DNA of 28,026 nt from an uncultured Eubacteriales bacterium (GCA_964521765.1 CAZFTV010000002.1:9330-37355); one strand, 5' to 3'. Positions 17,855-25,952 are shown, counted from the stretch's first letter. Notes: generated from the sequence alone by a model not told the origin. Made by a program: numbers and translations.

Positions 17855-17892
17855 GTCTCCGATCAAACTGTGGAGGCGAAGCACACGGCGGC
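17854..17892 (+). repeat. 39-bp direct repeat, copy 2
   Basis: Identical to 14836-14874; abuts the IS481 end. Confidence 0.95.
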
Positions 17893-17904
17893 CGGGAGCG
17901 AACC

Positions 17905-17934
17905 TTGACAAGCGGAAACCCTTTCCTGTATGAA
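17905..17934 (+). promoter_or_regulatory. Putative sigma70 promoter of the sdh-Rieske-cytb operon
   Basis: TTGACA at 17905-17910 and a weak -10 (TATGAA, 18-bp spacer). This favours ATG 17960 over 17930 as the sdhC start. Confidence 0.4.
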
Positions 17935-17959
17935 TGGAATCCACGAAGGGAAAACCGAG

Positions 17960-18268
17960 ATGTTCGTCTGGGTCTTTCATCGCGTGACGGGTTTATTGCT
18001 CATCGGCTTCCTGGGCGTCAAGTTCCTGACGTCCTTCTTCCTCATGACCAAGAATGTCAAGCCCGACTGGGCGCTCTTCCTCCACACGAACCCGCTTATC
18101 GACGCGGTGCTCATCGTCAGCGTCGTTTACCACGCCCTCTACGGCTTGCGGACGGTCATCCTCGACCTGGGGCTGCGCCGCGAGAAGCTCCTGTTCTGGA
18201 TCTTCACCATCCTGGGCACCGTCATCAGCGCCGGCTTGCTCGTGCTCTATTTCACCCGGGATTACTGA
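17960..18268 (+). CDS. sdhC: Succinate dehydrogenase/fumarate reductase cytochrome b anchor subunit, 3 TM (alternative start 17930)
   Basis: WVFHRVTG at the start of helix 1, [16 protein letters not shown] (heme His and GLR..D motif) in helix 2, and a third hydrophobic helix. It precedes sdhA. Confidence 0.85.
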   Translation: MFVWVFHRVTGLLLIGFLGVKFLTSFFLMTKNVKPDWALFLHTNPLIDAVLIVSVVYHALYGLRTVILDLGLRREKLLFWIFTILGTVISAGLLVLYFTRDY

Positions 18269-18429
18269 TGTCGGCCAGCGTATTCAAGCCCGCCGCTTCT
18301 TTCTTTTGCGCCGGAGAACAACGAGCTTTTTTCCTCCGGAGATTCCTTCCGGCGGAACCCGAAGCGCGTTCGCATGCGCGTGCACGAAGCGAAGGGCGCA
18401 GGGGCATGAAGGGGTCGGCCTCGCCATGA
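18268..18429 (+). other. 53-codon ORF or structured spacer between sdhC and sdhA
   Basis: The ATG overlaps the sdhC stop (TGATG) and the TGA overlaps the sdhA start (ATGA). The peptide is Arg-rich and non-TM, with atypical codons, so coding status is uncertain. Confidence 0.3.
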
Positions 18430-20126
18430 TCCGCCACGACATCCTGATCGTCGGCAGCGGCCTGGCCGGCCTCTCGGCGGCGCTCAGCGCCGACCCCAAG
18501 CTCTCGACGGCCGTCATCTCCAAGGTCCATCCCATCCGCTCCCATTCCGTGGCCGCCCAGGGCGGGGTGAACGCCGCGCTGGGAAACAACCCGGCCGGCC
18601 GCGACGACAACCCGGAGCGCCACGCCTACGACACGATCAAGGGCAGCGATTTCCTGGCCGACCAGGACGCGGCCGAGCTCATGTGCCGGGAGGCCGTGCC
18701 GGCCGTCCTCGAGCTCGAGCATCTGGGAGTGCCCTTCAGCCGGTTCCCGGGCGGCGTGATCGCCCAGCGGCCCTTCGGCGGCGCCGGGTTTCCCCGGACC
18801 TGCTACGCAGCCGACCGCACCGGCCAGGTCATGCTCCACACGCTCTTCGAGCAGGCCCTCAAGAACAACGTCAAGCTCTACAACGAATTCATGGTCACGA
18901 AGCTCGTCCTCAACCGCGGCCGCTGCTGCGGCGTCGTGGCCTACGCCTACGACCGGGGCGAGTTCCTGCCCATCCAGGCCCGGGCGGTCGTCTTCGCCGT
19001 GGGCGGCTACGGCCGCCTTTACCTGCGGACGACGAACGCCTATACCACGCTCGGGAGCGGGATCGGCCTCGCCTTCCAAGCCGGCCTGCCGCTCAAGGAC
19101 ATGGAGTTCATCCAATTCCATCCGACCTCGCTCTACGGCAAGAACATCCTCATCACCGAGGCGGCGCGCGGCGAGGGAGGGTATCTCCTCAACAACCAGG
19201 GCAAGCGGTTCATGGCCGATTACGCGCCCAAGGCCATGGAGCTCGCCCCGCGCGACATCGTCTCCCGGTCCATCCAGACCGAGATCGACCAGGGCCGCGG
19301 GTTCGAGAACGAGTACGTCCACCTCGACCTGACCCACCTCGGCCGCGAGAAGATCATGAAGCGGCTGCCGGCCATCCGCGAGATCTGCATCAAGTTCGCC
19401 GGCGTCGACCCCGTCGAAACGCCTATCCCCATCCAGCCGGCCCAGCACTACTCCATGGGCGGCATCGACGTCGGGAACGACTGCGCGACCGGGGTCAAGG
19501 GCGTTTTCGCCGCCGGGGAGTGTTCCTGCGTCAGCGTCCACGGCGCGAACCGCCTGGGCGGGAACTCGCTCCTCGAGACCGTGGTCTTCGGCAAGATCGC
19601 GGGCCGCTCGGCCTCGCGCTACGTCAAGGACGGCGGCGCGAGCCCGGCGGGCGCGGCCAAGGCCCTTGAGGAAGGCGTGCGAAAGGTCGAAAAGCAGGTC
19701 GAGGGATGGGAGAAGCGGAGCAAGGGCATCCCCATCCATCACCTCCTGCAGCGCATGAAGGTCCTGATGACCGCCAAGGCGGGGATCTTCCGCGACCGGA
19801 AGGGCCTCCGCGAGGCCGTGGACGACGTCCTCGAGATGCGCGAGGATTACAGGCGCGTCGTCCGCACCGGACGGAACCGCCGCTACAGCCAGGAGATCGT
19901 CAACATTTTCGAGTTTGAGCACTCGCTCGAGCTGGCCGAGGCCATCACCCGCGGCGCTCTCCACAGGGAGGAGACGCGCGGATCCCACTTCCGCACGGAT
20001 TTTCCCAAGCGGAACGACAAGCGCTGGCTCAAGCACACCCTGGCCTTCCTGAGGAACGGCAAGGTCGAGCTCGGCTCGAAGAAGGTGCGTTTCACGAAGT
20101 ACAAGCCCGAGGAGCGGAAATATTAA
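18426..20126 (+). CDS. sdhA: Succinate dehydrogenase/fumarate reductase flavoprotein (start re-assigned to ATG 18426)
   Basis: [18 protein letters not shown] (covalent FAD His), [52 protein letters not shown]. Confidence 0.96.
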   Translation: MIRHDILIVGSGLAGLSAALSADPKLSTAVISKVHPIRSHSVAAQGGVNAALGNNPAGRDDNPERHAYDTIKGSDFLADQDAAELMCREAVPAVLELEHLGVPFSRFPGGVIAQRPFGGAGFPRTCYAADRTGQVMLHTLFEQALKNNVKLYNEFMVTKLVLNRGRCCGVVAYAYDRGEFLPIQARAVVFAVGGYGRLYLRTTNAYTTLGSGIGLAFQAGLPLKDMEFIQFHPTSLYGKNILITEAARGEGGYLLNNQGKRFMADYAPKAMELAPRDIVSRSIQTEIDQGRGFENEYVHLDLTHLGREKIMKRLPAIREICIKFAGVDPVETPIPIQPAQHYSMGGIDVGNDCATGVKGVFAAGECSCVSVHGANRLGGNSLLETVVFGKIAGRSASRYVKDGGASPAGAAKALEEGVRKVEKQVEGWEKRSKGIPIHHLLQRMKVLMTAKAGIFRDRKGLREAVDDVLEMREDYRRVVRTGRNRRYSQEIVNIFEFEHSLELAEAITRGALHREETRGSHFRTDFPKRNDKRWLKHTLAFLRNGKVELGSKKVRFTKYKPEERKY

Positions 20127-20127
20127 G

Positions 20128-20853
20128 ATGAAATACACTTTCCGCGTCCTGCGCTTCGACCCGAAAAAAAACGAAAGCCCCCGCTTCCAGGATTACGTCT
20201 ACGAGCCGCGCGGGAAGACGACCGTCCTCGAAGCCCTGATGGACATCCGCAACGAGCAGGACTACGACCTCTCCTTCCGCTACAGCTGCCGGGAGGGCGT
20301 ATGCGGCTCGTGCGGCCTGGTCATCAACGGCCGCTTCGACCTCGGTTGCCGCACGATGCTCGACACGCTCGAGGCGGACACGGTCGTCCTCGAGCCGCTG
20401 CCCAACCTCGAGGTCAAGAAGGACCTGGTCGTGGACATGGAGCCATTCTGGAAGGCCCTGCGGGAGGTCGAGCCTTATCTCTTTCCGCCGGAGAAGGCGC
20501 CCAAGCGGGAGTTTCCGGTCGAGGACCGTGAAATGGAGAAGATCGACCAGTACGTCTCCTGCATCCTGTGCGCCTGCTGCTACGGCGCCTGCCCGGTTGT
20601 GGCGCGCGACGGGCGATACCTCGGGCCGGCAGCGCTGGCCAAGCTCAACCGCTTCGTCCGCGACCCGCGCGACCGGCGGCCGTTCCGCAACTGGGCGAAG
20701 GTCGACACCGAGGGGGGTGTCTGGGGCTGCGACACGGTCTTCCGCTGCAACGAGGCCTGCCCGCGCGAGGTCCGGCCGGCCGACGGCATTCAGGCGCTGC
20801 GGAGGACCATGACCTGGAACAAGATCAAGAGGATGTTCAAAAGAGTGCGATGA
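20128..20853 (+). CDS. sdhB: Succinate dehydrogenase/fumarate reductase iron-sulfur subunit
   Basis: [2Fe-2S] SCREGVCGSC...C, [4Fe-4S] CILCACCYGAC, [3Fe-4S]-type CDTVFRCNEACP, and VKKDLVVDM. Confidence 0.96.
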   Translation: MKYTFRVLRFDPKKNESPRFQDYVYEPRGKTTVLEALMDIRNEQDYDLSFRYSCREGVCGSCGLVINGRFDLGCRTMLDTLEADTVVLEPLPNLEVKKDLVVDMEPFWKALREVEPYLFPPEKAPKREFPVEDREMEKIDQYVSCILCACCYGACPVVARDGRYLGPAALAKLNRFVRDPRDRRPFRNWAKVDTEGGVWGCDTVFRCNEACPREVRPADGIQALRRTMTWNKIKRMFKRVR

Positions 20854-21299
20854 AACTCAAAGCCTCTCTTTTCTCCCGCCGCAAGTTCTTGAACGGCCTC
20901 CTGGCCGGAGGGTTGGGGTCGCTCTTCGCCTCCCTGCTTTTTCCCCTGCTGCGCTCTGTCATCCCGCCTACCAAGGAGCCGGACGAGGTGCGGCTGCCCG
21001 GGGCCGACTTCGACGGCATGGCGCCGGGCGAGGTCCGCGGGTTCTCCTGGGACATCAAGCCCGGCTTCCTGAAAAAGAAAGCCGACGGCGGATGGACGGC
21101 CTTCGTGGGCGTCTGCACTCACCTCGACTGCAACGTCTCCTATCTTGCGGCCGAGAAGAAGTTTTTCTGCGCCTGCCATGACGGCTGGTACGACGAAGAG
21201 GGCCGCAACATCGCCGGCCCGCCGCCCTCGCCGCTTCGGCGGCTGAGCGTGAGCGTCGAGGGCGCCGAGATCGTCATTAAGAAGGAGCCGCCGGCATGA
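20850..21299 (+). CDS. qcrA: Rieske [2Fe-2S] protein of a Rieske/cytochrome b complex (start re-assigned to ATG 20850)
   Basis: Tat motif SRRKFL plus TM anchor, box 1 CTHLDC, box 2 CACHDGWY, and GPPPSPL. ATGA overlaps on both sides. Confidence 0.9.
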   Translation: MKLKASLFSRRKFLNGLLAGGLGSLFASLLFPLLRSVIPPTKEPDEVRLPGADFDGMAPGEVRGFSWDIKPGFLKKKADGGWTAFVGVCTHLDCNVSYLAAEKKFFCACHDGWYDEEGRNIAGPPPSPLRRLSVSVEGAEIVIKKEPPA

Positions 21300-22547
21300 G
21301 CGCCGGGAGCCGTTGGACCGCCTTCCGCCGCTGGCTCGACGAGCGGCTGGGCCTTGAGGCCGTGCTGGGCTTCATGCGGCACAAGACCGTCCCCCGGAGC
21401 GGCCACACGATCTGGATGTACACCGGCAGCGCCATCCTGATTTTCTTCTTCATCCAGGTCGTGACCGGCATCATCCTGGCCTTCTACTACCGGCCGACTC
21501 TCGAGGAGGCGAACGCGAGCATCGCCCGGATCATGACCGACGTCCCCCTGGGCTGGGTCGTGCGCTCGATCCATTCCTGGTCGGCGACCTTCATGATCAC
21601 CTTCGTCTTCATCCACTTGGTCAGCATCTGGCTCCTCAAGTCCTACCGGAAGCCGCGGGAGCTGACCTGGATGAGCGGCGTGCTGCTCCTCTTCTGCTCG
21701 CTCTTCTTCGGGTTCACGGGCTACCTCCTGCCTTGGGACGGCGACCAAAGTGGGCACGGACATCCCGCGGGCCATACCCGTGGTGGGCGATTTCTTCACC
21801 AAACTGCTCCGCGGCGGCGAGGACGTGAGCGGCGAGACGCTCAGCCGCTTCTTCAGCATTCACATCTCGATCTTGCCCCTGGCGCTGTGTGCGGTGCTGG
21901 TCCTTCATGTTTTTCTCATTCAGAAGCTCGGGATGAGCATGCCGCTCGAGGCCGAGGTCAAGAAAAAACGACTGCCCGAGATCCCCTTTTGGCCCAACTT
22001 CGTCTTCCGAGAGGCGGTGCTGTGGCTCGTCCTCTTCGGCGTCCTTCTCAGCCTGGCCGTATTCCTGCCGCAGGGGCTGGGCCGCGCGGCCGATTTGCGC
22101 GCGCCCGCGCCCGAGGGCATCAAGCCGGAGTGGTATTTCCTGTTCCTCTTCCAGACGCTCAAGATCTTCCCGGCGAAAATCTGGTTCCTGAAAGGGGAGA
22201 CCCTGGCCGTGCTGGCCATCCTGGCCGGCGTCCTGTTCTTTTTCTTCATCCCCCTCATCGACAACAAGCCCGCCTCGCGCAAGGGGAAAATCCTGACCGT
22301 CGTCGCCTGGCTGGCCATCATCTACGCCCTGGCCATGTCGGCCTGGAGCCTGGCCGGGCCGAAGCCGGCGGCCGAGGCGGCCGGCTCGTCTCACGAGCTC
22401 GTTGCCGGGCCGCGGAACGCCGGGGAGCGGACAGGGATTTACGTCTTCCTGGCCTGGATGTGGAGCGCGATTATCTTTCTTGTTTTTGTGCTCCGGGCCA
22501 AGGTGAGCGAGGTCGACCGGCTCAACGACGCCGGTTTCTTCGATTGA
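21296..22547 (+). pseudogene. qcrB: Cytochrome b (unsplit b6+IV type) interrupted by a frameshift at 21740
   Basis: WLDERL, QVVTG, RSIHSWSA...IHL, RELTW.SG and GFTGYLLPWD are in one frame. ATKVGTDIP, RFFSIH...LH and KPEWYF are in the +1 frame from 21741. It may be a real pseudogene or a sequence error. Confidence 0.85.
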
Positions 22548-23560
22548 CACCCAAGCAGCGGATCGAATGCCTGCTCGCGGGGAAGCCCGCGGACCGCGTC
22601 CCCTTCTGCCCGGCCGTATACGAGCACAAGGCGGCGCTCGTCGGCGCGACTCCCTCGGAGCTCTGCCGCAACGCCGGGCTTTTCCTCAGGGCGCTCGAGC
22701 GCGAGGTTGAGCTCTACGAGCCCGACATCCTGACCGTCGGCTGCGACGTCTACAACGTCGAGGCCGAAGCCGCGGGCTGCCGGGTTGAGTATTTCGCCGG
22801 GAACGACGTGCCCGCCGTTGCGGCACACGCCGCGCGGCCGGGCGGCGACCTCTCCGGCTTGCGCCTGCCCGATCCCGAAAGAGACGGCCGTCTGCCGCTC
22901 CATCTTGAGGTCGGGTCGAAAGCCTTGCGGCGTTTCGGCGGGGAGAGGATTGTTCGGGGTGCGGTTTCCGGGCCTTTTTCCCTGGCCTGCTCCCTGGCCG
23001 GCGCGGAGGCCGTTCTGGCGGCGGCGCTCGAGGAGCCCGAATGGGTGAAGCGGCTGCTTTTCTTCGCTTCCGAGACGATCCGCTCCTACGGCCGCGCCCT
23101 TATCGAACGGGGGCTGGGGGTCGTGATCTTCGATTCTGCGGCTTCGCCGCCTCTCCTTTCGCCGCGTCTTTTCCGCGACCTGGTCCTTCCCGTTGCGGCT
23201 GGGATCGTGAAATACTTCCGCGAGGAACTCGGCGTTCCGCTCGTCCCCTACATCCTGGGCGGCGACACGTCATTGATCCTGGACGACATCCTCGCCGCGG
23301 GAACGAACAACATCCTGTGCGATTTCAGGGCGGATTTGGGGAGCTACGTCGAGCGGACGCTCGCGCTCCCCGTCCTGCTCCGGGCGAACCTCGACCCGGC
23401 GGTTCTTCTTTCAGGGACGGACGAGGAAATCCGTTCCAAAGCGCGCTCCCTCCTCGGGGCCGGCCGCCGCCACCCGCGCTTCATGCTCGGCACGGGCATC
23501 CTGGCCTACGACACGCCGCCCCGCGCCGTCCTCGCTGTCCGCTCGACGCTGGAGAGATGA
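22544..23560 (+). CDS. Uroporphyrinogen decarboxylase-superfamily (MtaA/CmuA-like) protein (TTG start at 22544)
   Basis: MTPKQRIECLLAGKPADRVPFCP, EAEAAGC, PDPERDGRLP, GAVSGPFSLAC, IFDSAASP, LRANLDP, DTPP. The supplied 754-aa ORF is a chimaera of the cytochrome b N-half, read-through, and this gene. TTGA overlap with the cytochrome b stop. Confidence 0.85.
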   Translation: MTPKQRIECLLAGKPADRVPFCPAVYEHKAALVGATPSELCRNAGLFLRALEREVELYEPDILTVGCDVYNVEAEAAGCRVEYFAGNDVPAVAAHAARPGGDLSGLRLPDPERDGRLPLHLEVGSKALRRFGGERIVRGAVSGPFSLACSLAGAEAVLAAALEEPEWVKRLLFFASETIRSYGRALIERGLGVVIFDSAASPPLLSPRLFRDLVLPVAAGIVKYFREELGVPLVPYILGGDTSLILDDILAAGTNNILCDFRADLGSYVERTLALPVLLRANLDPAVLLSGTDEEIRSKARSLLGAGRRHPRFMLGTGILAYDTPPRAVLAVRSTLER

Positions 23561-23612
23561 GGACAGCCGTACAAGCCGTGCGTTTCCCGGCCGCGACATA
23601 TAAAAGCTTGAC

Positions 23613-23641
23613 TTGACAAGAGATTCGCAGAGGCTTATCAT
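23613..23641 (+). promoter_or_regulatory. sigma70 promoter of the toxin-antitoxin operon
   Basis: TTGACA (23613-23618), 17 bp, TATCAT (23636-23641). Confidence 0.75.
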
Positions 23642-23647
23642 TATCAT

Positions 23648-23663
23648 GACCAATTCATTGGTC
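23648..23663. promoter_or_regulatory. Palindromic operator, probably bound by the antitoxin
   Basis: GACCAAT-TC-ATTGGTC, 7-bp perfect arms just downstream of the -10. Confidence 0.65.
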
Positions 23664-23696
23664 CGATAAAAGACCAGATAATACGGGGAGCATGAC

Positions 23697-23969
23697 ATGG
23701 CCGAGTACTCTGAAATCGTGCCGTTGAGCCGGGCCAAGGCGCGGCTCTCGAGCCTCGTCCGCAAGGTCAGGGAGGAGCACGGGACTTATGCCATCACCCA
23801 TCGGGGGAAAGCCGAAGGGGTCCTGATGAGCGTCGAAGAATACGAGACGTTGATCGAGACCGTCGAGATCCTCAGCGACCGGCAGCTCATGGCCCGGGTC
23901 GACCGGGGGCTCCGTGACGAAAAGGCCGGGCGTCTTTTTTCCCACGACGAAGTCTTCCCGGAGAAATGA
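23697..23969 (+). CDS. Type II antitoxin, Phd/YefM family
   Basis: LSRAKARLSSLV...ITHRGKAEGVLMSVEEYETLIETVEILSD. GGGGAG RBS. Confidence 0.9.
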   Translation: MAEYSEIVPLSRAKARLSSLVRKVREEHGTYAITHRGKAEGVLMSVEEYETLIETVEILSDRQLMARVDRGLRDEKAGRLFSHDEVFPEK

Positions 23970-24268
23970 AAATCTCCGTTCACCGCGTCCTCTACACGAG
24001 GGAAGCGAAAAGGAATATCGACAAGCTCGACCCTTCCGTCAGGAGACTCGTCAGGAAAGCCGTCGAATCTTTGACCGTCGACCCGGAGAAGGGGAAATCG
24101 TTGTCCCATGAGCTGGCGGGGCTGCGGTCGCTGAGGACTTCGGACTACCAGATTGTCTATCGCGTCAGGAGCGGCGAGCTCGTCGTCCTGGTCGTGGCCG
24201 TCGGTCACCGCAGAGAGGTCTACAAACGGCTCGGGGAGCTGCTGAGCCTCGCGGTCAAGAACAGGTAG
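23966..24268 (+). CDS. Type II toxin, RelE/ParE family
   Basis: YTREAKRNIDKLD, GKSL...LAG.RSLR, YQIVY, VAVGHRREVY. ATGA overlap with the antitoxin. Confidence 0.88.
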   Translation: MKISVHRVLYTREAKRNIDKLDPSVRRLVRKAVESLTVDPEKGKSLSHELAGLRSLRTSDYQIVYRVRSGELVVLVVAVGHRREVYKRLGELLSLAVKNR

Positions 24269-24348
24269 CTTGGTCATGCCGCTCGCGCTTTGGGCTCAAG
24301 AAAGGCCGGCCGCATTTCCGTCCCGCACAAGAGGCCTTTCCCTCCGGA

Positions 24349-25521
24349 TTATTTTTGCCTGTGGAGCACGATCTTGTAGGTCATCCAATCCTGAACGCTG
24401 CCCGTAACCGTGGTGCCGTCCTTCAAGGGCAAAGCCTCGCCTGAGATCTTGTATAGAAATTCCTTGGTGCCGAAGATCTGCGTATAGGACGCTTGCCCGA
24501 GGTAATATTTCAAGGGCTTGCAGCGAACGCATTCCTCCGGAAAATACTCGGGCCAGGTGAGCTTGACGGCGCCGGACTTGACCTGGCCGGCGATGGGCTT
24601 GCCGGTCAATTCCGTCAGGGACCGTCCGCCTATGGCCGACATTTTCTCGGCTTGCTTCCCGCCGGGGAGGAAGAAACACTGATACAGGTCCTGGAAATCA
24701 AAATAAATGGAAGCCGTGTAGCCCGCCGAAAAAACAGAGCCCTCATAGTAAGCGGGCGAGGCCTTGCCCCCGACGATATAGAATATCCCCGCCAGACTCC
24801 ATTCAAAGCCGACCATGACCGGCAATTTAGTATTCGGCGGCTTGAGGGCCTTGTTGGCGATGGGCGGCCGCAGCATGTCCTTCTCCACGCCGGTGACCAG
24901 GACGCGCCATTCTTCGATCTCGTTCAGCGTGAAGACCATGGCGCCCGAAATGACCGGGGAAACGGTGGGGAACTTGCTATAGTCGACAGTGCGCGTCGCG
25001 CCGTCCCTCATTTCGATATCCGTCACCGCGGGCGGGCCGGGCGCTACGGCCGCGGGGTCGAAGTTCAGCGTATAGGGCTCGGTGACGGTCCCCAGGGGCG
25101 CCGGGGCCTGAAACGATATCGTGCCCTTGAGCTCGATGGGTTTGGATTCGAACCAGAATTCAAGTTTTCCAGCCTTCACTGCGGCCGTGACCTTAAAATT
25201 TGCCTCCGGCGCTTCGGCGGGACCGATTTTAACCCCGGGGGATGGAGAGACTTGAGCGTCCGTGCGCACAGTCATTTTCCCGATCCCTTGCCATCGGCCG
25301 CCGCCCTCGGACAGCAGCCAGACTTCACCCTTGACCTTGGTGATGACGGAGGCCTGACCGTAGGGCCCGAGATTTAGCCCGCCGAGGCCGCCCTCGTACT
25401 TGAGGAGGACCCGTTCGACGCCTCTGGCCGGCGGAGGCCAAGCCAGGGTTATTTCCAATACGAACATCAACGCCACGGCTCCCCATATCCTGCCGTTCAA
25501 CAAACCGCGGCTTTTTCTCAT
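24349..25521 (-). CDS. Secreted hypothetical protein, 390 aa (start re-assigned to ATG 25521)
   Basis: AAGGAG precedes MRKSRGLLNGRIWGAVALMFVLEITLAWPPPARG (signal-peptide-like). The body is beta-strand-rich with no recognised family. Confidence 0.65.
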   Translation of the reverse strand: MRKSRGLLNGRIWGAVALMFVLEITLAWPPPARGVERVLLKYEGGLGGLNLGPYGQASVITKVKGEVWLLSEGGGRWQGIGKMTVRTDAQVSPSPGVKIGPAEAPEANFKVTAAVKAGKLEFWFESKPIELKGTISFQAPAPLGTVTEPYTLNFDPAAVAPGPPAVTDIEMRDGATRTVDYSKFPTVSPVISGAMVFTLNEIEEWRVLVTGVEKDMLRPPIANKALKPPNTKLPVMVGFEWSLAGIFYIVGGKASPAYYEGSVFSAGYTASIYFDFQDLYQCFFLPGGKQAEKMSAIGGRSLTELTGKPIAGQVKSGAVKLTWPEYFPEECVRCKPLKYYLGQASYTQIFGTKEFLYKISGEALPLKDGTTVTGSVQDWMTYKIVLHRQK

Positions 25522-25952
25522 GATGCGCTCCTTCCCCCACTCGATAGCCGTAACTCCCTGAAGAAAGGCCCATTCTAAATTAATCATCATTCCGCGGCAA
25601 TACGGATCATCACTCCGGACGGCGAAGAGGCCTTTCCGATTATCAATGTCCGTCGGGGCCGACCTCTGGCTGATGTTGTCTCGCTTATTAAAGAAGAGGA
25701 CGGTTTTGGAGTGCGGCCGCATAAGGCCAGCCTCAGACGCCTTCTTGTCATAATGAATTAGCCCCTCCGCCTCCCCGAGGGAATTCGGGGAGAGCTCGAG
25801 GGCGTCTTCGGAAGGGTCGGCGGCCGACGCGTCGCCGCTCCGAAGACCGGTCTTCCCGTTGGAATTCGGGAACATCCCGATGTCGTTTTCGGAAAGGCCG
25901 ATCGGGCATGCGATTTTCCCGCCGGTCGGCGCGTCCTATTCCCTGAGGCGAT

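Noticed and set aside
16775-17866. IS481 inserted cleanly into a TGTCAAG|TCTCCG copy of the 39-bp repeat
   Set aside because: The left TGTCAAG belongs to ori copy B, whose similarity to copy A continues up to the IS481 end. The flanks do not rejoin exactly and there is no TSD.
14836-17892. 39-bp repeats as a CRISPR array
   Set aside because: Only two copies 3 kb apart, with no spacers of regular length and no cas genes.
21296-23560. Apparent cytochrome b-URO-D fusion protein (754 aa)
   Set aside because: The middle part is out-of-frame cytochrome b sequence caused by the 21740 frameshift. The two genes have their own stop and start at TTGA 22544-22547.
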